Of a DNA stretch of 64,000 bases, positions 50,047 through 59,500 are shown one piece after another. The notes below the pieces were generated by a model that had not been told where the DNA came from, did not search any database, and saw only the letters and a list, made by a program, of their open reading frames with translations. Numbering within the stretch: the stretch's first letter is position 1; every line of letters begins with the position of its first letter. Both the position numbers and the translations under genes were made by a program. This DNA comes from Microcoleus sp. (GTDB taxonomy: Bacteria; Cyanobacteriota; Cyanobacteriia; Cyanobacteriales; Microcoleaceae). The DNA lies in NCBI GenBank assembly GCA_042408215.1, contig JAYFMW010000013.1, positions 1 through 64,000 on the forward strand, given 5' to 3'.

Positions 50047-51147
50047 TTATTCAATAAAACCTAAGTGTTTTCTAGCAGCAGCCGTTACCAGTCTGCCCCG
50101 ATTTGTCCGCTGCAAAAATCCGATTTGCATTAAGTATGGTTCGTAGACTTCCTCAATGGTTTGAGTGTCTTCTCCTGTGGCAGCGGCGAGGGTTTCTAAT
50201 CCCACTGGGCCACCGTTAAAGTTCTCAATCATTGCTGTCAAAATCCGCCGATCTGTCCAATCTAGACCTAGGGGATCGACGTTGAACAATTCGAGGGCAA
50301 GTGAGGCAACTTCGGCATTAATTGGCTTTAAATTTTTGACTTCGCTGTAGTCTCTAACTCGCCGCAGCAAGCGGTTAGCAATGCGGGGTGTGCCGCGAGA
50401 TCTGCGGGCAATTTCTGTGGCTCCTTCTGGGGTAATTTTAGTGTCGAGAACTTGGGCTGTTCTTTGGACAATTAGACTAAGTTCGTCTATTTCGTAGTAG
50501 CGCAATCTTTGGATTAAGCCGAATCGATCGCGCAAGGGAGATGTCAGGGACCCAACTTTTGTGGTGGCTCCTACTAAGGTAAACGGTTTGAGGGGAATGC
50601 TGCGGATTTTTGCACTTTTACCTTGACCGATCATAATATCTAAGCGGCAGTCTTCCATCGCCGGATAGAGGATTTCTTCTGTAACTTTGGATAAACGGTG
50701 AATTTCGTCAATAAACAGCACGTCGCCTGCTTTGAGGCTGATTAGCAATCCGACAATATCGCGGGGTTTTTCTAGGGCTGGGGCTGTGGTGATTTTGCAG
50801 TCAACTTCCATTTCTGTTGCTAGAATTAGCGACATTGTGGTTTTGCCTAACCCGGGTGGCCCGTAAAGTAACAGGTGATCGAGGGGTTCGTTTCGGGATT
50901 TGGCGGCTTGAATTGCGATCGCCAAAACTTCTCTCAAGTCTTTTTGACCGATGTATTCAGCTAATCGCTGGGGCCGAATTTTGTCGTCTTGTTTGCTGAT
51001 GATTTCGTCTGGTAACTCTTGGGGTTCTACCAGAGATTCCGGCTGGGGTTTGACGGCTTTATTTTTTATTTTTTGGGGGGGCGCTGGGGCAATGTCTTCG
51101 GGTAAATTTGGGTCGGGTGGTTGTTGTTTGGAGGAGATAATTGCCAT
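50047..51147 (-). CDS. ruvB: Holliday junction helicase RuvB
   Basis: [28 protein letters not shown]. Confidence 0.97.
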   Translation of the reverse strand: MAIISSKQQPPDPNLPEDIAPAPPQKIKNKAVKPQPESLVEPQELPDEIISKQDDKIRPQRLAEYIGQKDLREVLAIAIQAAKSRNEPLDHLLLYGPPGLGKTTMSLILATEMEVDCKITTAPALEKPRDIVGLLISLKAGDVLFIDEIHRLSKVTEEILYPAMEDCRLDIMIGQGKSAKIRSIPLKPFTLVGATTKVGSLTSPLRDRFGLIQRLRYYEIDELSLIVQRTAQVLDTKITPEGATEIARRSRGTPRIANRLLRRVRDYSEVKNLKPINAEVASLALELFNVDPLGLDWTDRRILTAMIENFNGGPVGLETLAAATGEDTQTIEEVYEPYLMQIGFLQRTNRGRLVTAAARKHLGFIE

Positions 51148-51218
51148 ATCTATATGCGATCTGCCATCGGAAATTGTTTACAATTATTAGAATAGTCTTG
51201 ATAATTATTGAGTTGGCT

Positions 51219-51770
51219 ATGAGTATTCCATCTGATTTATTAGCATCGGAAAGTATAACTTTTGAGGGGGCGATCGCGCTGACTCAATCTTTATTGTCGG
51301 AAATTGAGGACGATCGACTTTCAGAGACCGAGATAGAGCAAGCTGTGGCTTCTCTGGTGAAGACACAGAACGGTGCTAGGGGGTTTTTTGTCACTTATCT
51401 GACGGACGATCGACCAATGGCAGATCAACCATCCCCAGGCGTGCTGGATGCACTGCGCGAGGATCCTGAGATCGTAGCAGAACTGCTGGTGAAAAATCTG
51501 GCGATGTCGGCGGCAATGGTTGTGCATCATTCGCGCCACCAAAGGGAGAGTATGTTGTCGAAGATGGCGGCGGACTCTGGGAGGGTGCTGGCGCGATCTC
51601 GCCATCTAATTCAAACTCTGCAAATGCCTGCTTGTCAAACTCTAGCGGAGCAAATGCTGGAAAGTTTAAGGAATGGAGAGGGCGAATACGAGGCGTTTTT
51701 CCAGCGGTGGGGCTACGATGGGGAGCAAAAAGTGGCGATCGGTTCGGCATTGCGGGGGGCGATCGAATAA
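51219..51770 (+). CDS. Hypothetical protein
   Basis: NGARGFFV, KNLAMS, RWGYD; likely ATG at 51219. Confidence 0.75.
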   Translation: MSIPSDLLASESITFEGAIALTQSLLSEIEDDRLSETEIEQAVASLVKTQNGARGFFVTYLTDDRPMADQPSPGVLDALREDPEIVAELLVKNLAMSAAMVVHHSRHQRESMLSKMAADSGRVLARSRHLIQTLQMPACQTLAEQMLESLRNGEGEYEAFFQRWGYDGEQKVAIGSALRGAIE

Positions 51771-51903
51771 TCAAGGAAGTTGGGCAACGGATGTACGGGA
51801 TGTAACGGATGTAACGGAAGTCAGGAAGACCGAAGTTGGAAGAAGGAATTTTTTGTTTAAACTTACATCTTGCAGCATTTTCAATCAGCTTTTCACGGGC
51901 GGG

Positions 51904-52226
51904 CTAGGGCGTGTCTTCAAACTTCTCCATCAGATTCAGAACCCCCTAAATCCCCCTTAAAAAGCAGGGCGGTTTCATTCTCTTGTAGGGGCGGTGCCAA
52001 GAGTGCCCGCCCAGAGGTCTGAAACGCTGATTTGATGGTTGGTGGGGGGGGTAGGCACGGGGAGTAGGGGTCGCACTACCCCTACAAAATCGCGGTTTTT
52101 CCGAGAATGAAACAGCCCTGCCTTAAAAAGGGAGTAGGGTGTGAGTAGGGGGTGACTTTCAAGCTCTTTCTCCCCCCTTTTTAAGGGGGGCTGGGGGGGA
52201 TCTCTAGGTTTGAAAACACGCCCTAG
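51904..52226. mobile_element. CTAG-bounded MITE containing a second MITE (51965..52120, ISAs1-like CAGGGC ends, 10-bp TSD CCTTAAAAAG)
   Basis: Outer CTAGGGCGTGTCTTCAAAC / GTTTGAAAACACGCCCTAG; inner TIRs 17/18 identical. Confidence 0.88.
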
Positions 52227-52454
52227 GAGAGCCCACCCCACAATAAAATTCACTCTTTGTGGAACGGGCCGAAGAGCCCGTTCCTCAGAATAGTGCCTGA
52301 TATTCGGTTCAAAAAGAGTCCCTCTGGGTGCGGCTGGCCGACAAAACCTTGATCAAAGCGGCGAGGCTGTGGAATAATTGCGGTTTAGCAACCATCTGCG
52401 GTCAAGCAGCTTGAGTTGATTTAGGTGTGAAGGTAGCGAACGAGGGCGAAAAAA

Positions 52455-53297
52455 TTGCTGAGATCGGTAAAAGGAGTTGCCCAAAAATCCCGAATGGTTA
52501 GTGGCGGGCGGCGGGCGAAGCTCAATCTACTGGCAACATTAGTGCGCCGGGACTTAGAAGCTCAATACAAAGGCTCAATTCTGGGCAACTTGTGGCCGCT
52601 GCTGAATCAGCTATCGCAATTGCTGATTTACACGTATGTATTCTCGATCGTCCTCAAGGTAAAACTCAACCTTGCAGGCTTCCCAGAAAACAGCGACATT
52701 ACCTTTGGAGTCTGGCTGTTTGCAGGTTTGCTGCCTTGGAGTGCCTTTACCAGCGGTTTAATTAAGTCGGGAGTATCCGTAGTAGGGCAGCCAAATTTAG
52801 TGAAAAAAGTGGTATTTCCCCTCGGTTTACTCCCGTTAGTGCCGATTTTGACAGCTTTTATTGAAAGTTCTCTCGGTCTAGCAGCTTTGATTGTCATAGT
52901 CGCAGTGTCGTCCCACAAGCTCAACGCTACATTGTGCTTGCTGCCGCTGGTGTGGGTGCCTCAGTTGCTGATCGCTGCGGGCTTGGGATATTTGACTGCG
53001 GGGTTGACGGTGTTTTTGCGAGATATTCCTCAAACTTTAGGTGTTATTCTAAATTTTTGGTTTTATTTAACGCCGATCGTCTATCCAGCATCAGTCATTC
53101 CCGAACAGTGGCGAGTGTGGATATTTTGGCTGAATCCAATGGCAGCAATCTCAGAAGTTTATCGCGAGCTCATACTGCTTGGAGAAGTGAAACACTGGGG
53201 CGAATGGGGTGTAGCCACACTAATTTCTGCTGCTATATTTTGTGGAGGTTTTGCGGTTTACCGGCGTTTGCGTCCCGCTTTTGCTGACGTGCTGTAA
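52455..53297 (+). CDS. wzm: Polysaccharide ABC transporter permease Wzm (start uncertain)
   Basis: RRDLEAQYKGSILG, NLVKKVVFP, FYLTPIVYP, FADVL. Confidence 0.92.
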   Translation: MLRSVKGVAQKSRMVSGGRRAKLNLLATLVRRDLEAQYKGSILGNLWPLLNQLSQLLIYTYVFSIVLKVKLNLAGFPENSDITFGVWLFAGLLPWSAFTSGLIKSGVSVVGQPNLVKKVVFPLGLLPLVPILTAFIESSLGLAALIVIVAVSSHKLNATLCLLPLVWVPQLLIAAGLGYLTAGLTVFLRDIPQTLGVILNFWFYLTPIVYPASVIPEQWRVWIFWLNPMAAISEVYRELILLGEVKHWGEWGVATLISAAIFCGGFAVYRRLRPAFADVL

Positions 53298-53556
53298 ATT
53301 GGTTTTAGATCTGCTGTAAATTTGTTTTAGATCTCAAGTCAATCTAAAATCTAAAATCTAAAATCTAAAAGACGTGCTGTAAATTGGTTTTAGATCTGCT
53401 GTAAATTTGTTTTAGATCTCAAGTCAATCTAAAATCTAAAATCTAAAATCTAAAATCTAAAAGACGTGCTGTAAATTGGTTTTAGATCTGCTGTAAATTT
53501 GTTTTAGATCTCAAGTCAATCTAAAATCTAAAATCTAAAATCTAAAATCTAAAATC
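53286..53556. repeat. Three tandem units (periods 85, 92 bp) beginning with the wzm 3' end and ending in AAAATCT STRRs
   Basis: GACGTGCTGTAA at 53286, 53371, 53463. Confidence 0.92.
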
Positions 53557-53558
53557 GG

Positions 53559-54971
53559 ATGACAGAAACTGTAATTTCACTAAAAAATGTTTCCAAATGC
53601 TTTAAGCGGTACGATCGTCCAGGAGACCGCTTAAAGGAAATGATTTATCCCAGCAAAAAACTTGCTGACGAATTTTGGGCTCTGCAAGACATCAACCTGG
53701 AAATTTCTCAGGGACAAACTCTGGGAATTGTCGGCCGCAACGGTTCGGGAAAAAGCACTCTCCTGCAAATAATTGTGGGGACGCTAACACCTACCGCAGG
53801 AAGCGTCGAGGTGAAAGGGCGAGTCTCGGCTTTGTTGGAACTCGGAAGCGGTTTTAACCCGGAATTCACCGGGCGGCAAAATGTGTTTTTTAACGCTCAA
53901 ATACTGGGATTCAATCAAAAAGAAACCGCAGAAAAATTTGACGAAATAGCTGCTTTTGCTGATATTGGAGATTTCATAGAACAGCCGGTCAAGACTTATT
54001 CTAGCGGTATGTTTGTCAGGCTGGCTTTTGCAGTTGCGACTAGCGTTGAGCCGGATATTCTGGTGGTTGATGAGGCACTTTCTGTCGGTGACGAAGCTTT
54101 TCAGCGTAAGTGTTTTGCCCGTTTGCAGTCAATTCAAGAAGGTGGGGGAACGATTTTATTTGTTTCTCACGCTGCTACTTCTGTGGTGCAACTTTGTACA
54201 TCGGCGATTTTAATGGATGGCGGTGAATTGCTGCTCGCTCACACGCCGAAGGTGGTAATTTCTAAATATCAAAAGTTGATTTATGCCGATCCAGATAAAG
54301 TTTTGGAGTTGAAAGAAGACCTTCGAGTATTGAATAAGCTGACCAAGCAGGAATCTGAAGATGATTTTCAGGATGTTACTTTAGCAAGCACAAATGGGGA
54401 AGTTAAACAAGAGCAATCCCTACCAAAACTTAAGGAATATTACGACGAGTTTTACGATCCAGGAATGATACCATCGAATACGGTGAGGTATCCGTCTAGG
54501 GGGGCGGAAATTCTTCATCCCCGCATCACGACGCTGAAGGGAAATGTGGTAAATCACTTGATTGGGCGTCAAGATTATATTTACACTTACTCGGTCACTT
54601 TCTCCTTGTCTACTTCCAAAGTTAGGTTTGGAATGTTGATTAAAACCATTAGCGGTTTTGAGTTGTCTGGTGCTTCTTTGAAGGCTTCTACTCAGTCAGT
54701 TAAGTATGTGGAAGCGGGAACGACAATTGTAGTAAAGTTTCAGTTTAAATGTTTGCTAAATCCAGGGGTTTATTTTTTGAATGCGGGGGTTGTGGGAACG
54801 GTAGATGAAGATTTGACTTATCTCGATCGCTGTGTTGATGTGGCAATGTTTAGAGTTCAGTCTTGTACTGAATCCTGCGGTAACGGCATCGTTGACTTGC
54901 TGATAGAACCGTGTTTAACTGTGATCGATTCTGATGCTATGGTTAAACAGACATCCACCGAGGTTATTTAG
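53559..54971 (+). CDS. wzt: Polysaccharide ABC transporter ATPase Wzt with C-terminal carbohydrate-binding domain
   Basis: GRNGSGKST, YSSGM, VDEALSVGD; ~170-aa beta-rich C-terminal extension. Confidence 0.92.
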   Translation: MTETVISLKNVSKCFKRYDRPGDRLKEMIYPSKKLADEFWALQDINLEISQGQTLGIVGRNGSGKSTLLQIIVGTLTPTAGSVEVKGRVSALLELGSGFNPEFTGRQNVFFNAQILGFNQKETAEKFDEIAAFADIGDFIEQPVKTYSSGMFVRLAFAVATSVEPDILVVDEALSVGDEAFQRKCFARLQSIQEGGGTILFVSHAATSVVQLCTSAILMDGGELLLAHTPKVVISKYQKLIYADPDKVLELKEDLRVLNKLTKQESEDDFQDVTLASTNGEVKQEQSLPKLKEYYDEFYDPGMIPSNTVRYPSRGAEILHPRITTLKGNVVNHLIGRQDYIYTYSVTFSLSTSKVRFGMLIKTISGFELSGASLKASTQSVKYVEAGTTIVVKFQFKCLLNPGVYFLNAGVVGTVDEDLTYLDRCVDVAMFRVQSCTESCGNGIVDLLIEPCLTVIDSDAMVKQTSTEVI

Positions 54972-54987
54972 AAATCCTGTGAAAATA

Positions 54988-56487
54988 ATGAGCAATATTA
55001 ATGTAGATTTGGTGGAAAATCCTGCGATTCAAGCATTGATTCGAGATCGAGCTAAGTTTCCTGAAGATTTTAAGCTGCATATTTGCGAAGATGATGAAAT
55101 GTATTTGTTTAGTCTGAGCAATGTCAAAGATGACAGCGATCGGGCTTTGGTGCGCTATTATTCCCTCGGTCGTCGCATTCTGGATACCGTCAAACAAATT
55201 GTAGATTGGCATTTTGGTAGTTTTGAAAATGTGCCGTCTTTTCTAGATTTTGCCTGCGGTTACGGTCGATTTACCCGGTTTTTGATTCAGGAAATGCCGC
55301 CGGAACGAGTTTGGGTTTCTGATATTTATGCTAATGCTGTTAAGTTTCAAAGCGAATACTTGGGCGTTCACGGTATTGTCTCAACTAAAAATCCTGAAAA
55401 TTATCTAATTGACCGGAAGTTTGACTGCATTTTGGCTAATTCTTTTTTCAGCCATATGCCGGAAAGAACCTTTACAAATTGGCTGCAAAATTTGTACGAT
55501 TTGTTGACTCCTAACGGTATTTTGATGTTCAGCGTTCACGATGAAAGTTTGCGGCTACCTCACGTAGAAATGCCGACAACAGGAATTTTGTTTAGTGCCG
55601 ATAGCGAAAGTCAGTCTTTAGACAAGGAAGAATACGGCACAACTTATGTCACTGAGAAGTTTGTGAGAGAAATGGTCGATAGAGTTAGCGGTGGCAAAGC
55701 ATTTGTGCATCGTCTGGAAAAAGGAATATGCAGATTTCAAGATTTGTATGTGGTGACAAATCAACTGCATCAAGAATTTTCTAGTTTAAAATTCAGTCAC
55801 CACCCGGAAGGATATGTTGATGTTGCTGCTTTGACGACCAAGGATAATTTGTATCTGGAAGGATGGGCCGCTGATGTAAATCAGGACGGTCGAATTGATG
55901 AGGTGCAAGTGCTAGTAAATGGTGAAGTTGTCCAGAGAACTGAGCCTTTTTACACTCGGCTGGATGTCGCTAAATATTTGCAAAATGATGCGACTTTGAA
56001 GTCAGGTTGGAATTGTTATTTAGCTAAAAACACTATTTCTCAGCAGGATGTGTTAACGATCAAAGCAGTCAATAACTTTGGTTGGGAATGGATTCTTGAA
56101 AACTGCACTGTGAAATCGCTTTTAAGTCAAAAGCAGTCGCAGTATTTGTTGGGGTCTACTCAAGCTCAGCTCAGCTTGGTTGAGACTCAGCTAGCTTCCG
56201 CTAAAATTGAACTGGAGCAAACTCAAAATAATTTAGTGCTTACTCAAACTCAGCTGCAAGAAACTCAAAAGGAATTAGTAAAAACTCGATCGCAGTTGGA
56301 GCAAACTCAAAGTAATGTAATATCTGTTGAAAGGCAGTTGGAAGACACTCAACATCGGCTAGCTAATGTTAAGAAAGAAGTGGAGCGATCGCACAATCGA
56401 ATTCTGGCAATGGAAAGCAGCAAGTTTTGGCAACTGAGAACCGCTTGGTTTAAAGTCAGGCGGGCTTTTGGCTTAGCGGGAGAGTAA
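54988..56487 (+). CDS. Class I SAM methyltransferase with C-terminal coiled coil
   Basis: LDFACGYGR; Q/E-rich heptads; MESSKFWQLR terminal motif. Confidence 0.85.
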   Translation: MSNINVDLVENPAIQALIRDRAKFPEDFKLHICEDDEMYLFSLSNVKDDSDRALVRYYSLGRRILDTVKQIVDWHFGSFENVPSFLDFACGYGRFTRFLIQEMPPERVWVSDIYANAVKFQSEYLGVHGIVSTKNPENYLIDRKFDCILANSFFSHMPERTFTNWLQNLYDLLTPNGILMFSVHDESLRLPHVEMPTTGILFSADSESQSLDKEEYGTTYVTEKFVREMVDRVSGGKAFVHRLEKGICRFQDLYVVTNQLHQEFSSLKFSHHPEGYVDVAALTTKDNLYLEGWAADVNQDGRIDEVQVLVNGEVVQRTEPFYTRLDVAKYLQNDATLKSGWNCYLAKNTISQQDVLTIKAVNNFGWEWILENCTVKSLLSQKQSQYLLGSTQAQLSLVETQLASAKIELEQTQNNLVLTQTQLQETQKELVKTRSQLEQTQSNVISVERQLEDTQHRLANVKKEVERSHNRILAMESSKFWQLRTAWFKVRRAFGLAGE

Positions 56488-56540
56488 AGGTCGAGTAAAA
56501 TTGGTTTGGGAATTAGGGCGAGGGAGAAGGGAGAGAGATT

Positions 56541-59500
56541 GTGAATACAAATGACAGCAAATCATCGGTTTTTATTGTAACTGGAATGCACCGTTCTGGT
56601 ACATCTTTAACAGCTTCTTTGTTTCAGAAAGTTGGGGTTGATATTGGCAACAAGTTAGTGGGCCCGGCCGACGGAAATGTTAAGGGTCATTTCGAGAATG
56701 TTGATTTTGTGGAATTTCACAAAAGTGTTTTGCGATCGCAAGGCATAGATGAACTCGGCTGTACTTTAGAAAAAACAATTTCCGTAGCAGCAGAATTTGT
56801 AGAAATCGCCAAAAAATTAATCACAGAAAATCAACAAACAGACAAATACTGGGGTTGGAAAGACCCGCGAACAGCACTTTTTGGGAATTTTTGGTTAACT
56901 CTGTTACCCCAAGCTAATTTTATCTGCGTTTATCGATCGCCCTGGGAAGTAGTCGATTCCCTGTACCGTCGGGGAACCGATGTCAGCTTGCTGAACAATC
57001 CCGAAATGGCCGTAAAAATGTGGATTCACTACAATCAGCAAGTCCTAGAGCTTTACGAAGGTTTTCCCGATCGCTGTCTGCTAGCCAACGTTTACGCGAT
57101 CGGCAATAATCCCGAACTTTTCATCAATCAAGTCAACCAAAAATTTAATGTTAATTTAGGTGCAATACCCGCCGAAAATTTTGACAAATCTCTCTTAGTA
57201 AATGAGAGCAAAAAAACTCACAAGCCTAGCCTGATTAAACAATATTTTCCCGAAGCTTTAGAACTGTACGAAATATTGGAAACAAAAGCTGATAAATTGA
57301 GCGAAACATCAAATTTATCGTCGGCTCAAGTGATTGATTTACCAACATCTCCCCTTTGGCCTTTTGAAGATTGGCTAAAAATTAGAGTGCTGGAAAAACA
57401 GCAGAAAAATAGCAAATCCGATATCCAACAGTGGCAATCACAATTTAAACAAGCTCAGGCAAAACTGCTCGGATTAGAAACAGAATTGGGGCAAACCCAG
57501 ATACAGTTGGCCGGCCAAGAATCGCAATTTCAAGAAGCTTTAGTCAAACTGCTCGGATTAGAAACAGAATTAGGGCAAACCCAGGTACTGCTTGCCGGCC
57601 AAGAATCGCAATTTCAAGAAGCTTTGGCGAAAGTATTGGGATTAGAAGCAGAGTTAGGTCAAACTCAGGTACTGCTTGCCGGCAAAGAATCACATCTTCA
57701 AGAAGCTGCGATAAAACTCCTGGGATTGGAAACAGAATTAGGCCAAACTCAGGTAAAGCTGGCCGGTCAAGAATCCCAATTTCAAATAGCTTTGGCGAAA
57801 CTCTTGGAATTAGAAGCAGAATTAGGGCAGAGTCAGGTACAAATTGAAGAAAAAGAATTTAGATTGCAGGCCAACTTAACTGAACTAATGCGGTTCAAAA
57901 AATCACAAAGTGAAACTCAGGAAAAATTCAGTGAAACTCTGGAAATTTTAGAACAATCGCGGCAGGAAAATGAATTAATCCGGGCAGAACTTGCTGCACT
58001 TAAGTCTTCTGATTGGTGGCAAATCCGGGAGAACTGGTTTGAATTGCAACGCCGATTCCGCGACATTTTGCCGAGATTTATTTTTTCTTTGGATCGACCA
58101 ACTACTTGGCAAGTTTGTGATTCTAACCTGCTAATAGTTGGCTGGGTTTTCAACAGTAAAAAATCTATAAAAGCAGTGCGTGCGAGAATTCAAAATCAGA
58201 GTTTTGTGGGAGTTTACGGGATAGAAAGAAGCGATATAGCGCTAGCTTACTCTAATATTATTGCTGCCAAAAATTCTGGTTTCACAATAGAGTTGGTAGC
58301 GCCACCTGGACGACACGAAGTGCTGCTTGAGGTGCAAAATAGTCAAGGTAAATGGCATATTTTGGCAATTTATCCGCTGTTGGTTTCCACGATTCAAGCC
58401 TCCTTGGATGTACCGGTAGTGTGGGAACAGCATCAGGGTCAAATTTTGTTTGCAGGTTGGTGTTGTCACCACGATCGCCAAATTACTAAATTGAATGTTT
58501 TGTGCGGCGATACTTCTGTAGAATGCGCTTACGGTTTGCGCCGAAAAGATGTCGGCGAAGTGTTTCCCGACTGGGTTAACAGTACCGAAAGCGGGTTTGA
58601 AGTCCTTGTCGATTTGCCTCCGGGCGAATGGCAAGTTTCTCTGCAAGCAGAGTTGGAAACTGGGGAAACTTTGTATTTTCAAGCGCCGAAAATATTGACC
58701 GTGCGGCGCTATGATATCTGGCAGCGAAGTGCTGACAAATTTGAGGAGTTATCAAGGTTTACGGCTGCAATTCAGCAGCGCGCGAAGGAAAGAAAACAGC
58801 GTCTAGGTCGAATTTTTCCCATGCCCTGGGAAATTGTGAAAGTGCTGCGCCAGTTTCAGACGATTTACCGGCAGCAAAAACAGTTTATTTCCCCAGGGGA
58901 TTTGCTGCCGCCTGTGGGTTTTGTTGTGCCGCAGCCGATTGATAGGTATGATGCTTGGCTGTCGGTGAATCAGTGGAATGAGCGATCGCGCAATTACTTG
59001 ATTTCTCGTTTAGAATCTTGTCAGGAAGCACTGCCCAAAATTTCGGTAGTGATGCCAGTTTACAACCCGCAAGTAGAGTTTTTGTCAAGTGCGATCGCCA
59101 GCGTTTTCAATCAAGTTTATCAAAACTGGGAACTTTGTATTGCCGACGATTGCAGCACCGATTTAAAAGTCATTGAAACCTTAAAAAACTGGGCAACAAA
59201 AGACAGTCGAATTCAGATTACCTTTCGGAAAGAAAACGGCAACATCAGTGCCGCCACCAACAGCGCCACAGAACTTGCAACAGGCGATATCATCCTATTT
59301 TTGGACAACGACGACGAACTAACTCCCGACGCATTAGGAGAAGTTGCCTTATATTTTGCCACCCATCCCACCACCGATTTTCTCTACTCCGACGACGATA
59401 AAATTGACACCAAAGGCCGCCGATTTTCCCCGCAATTCAAACCAGAATGGTCGCCAGAACTGCTACTTTCCTATATGTATCTAGGTCATTTGTGCGCTGT

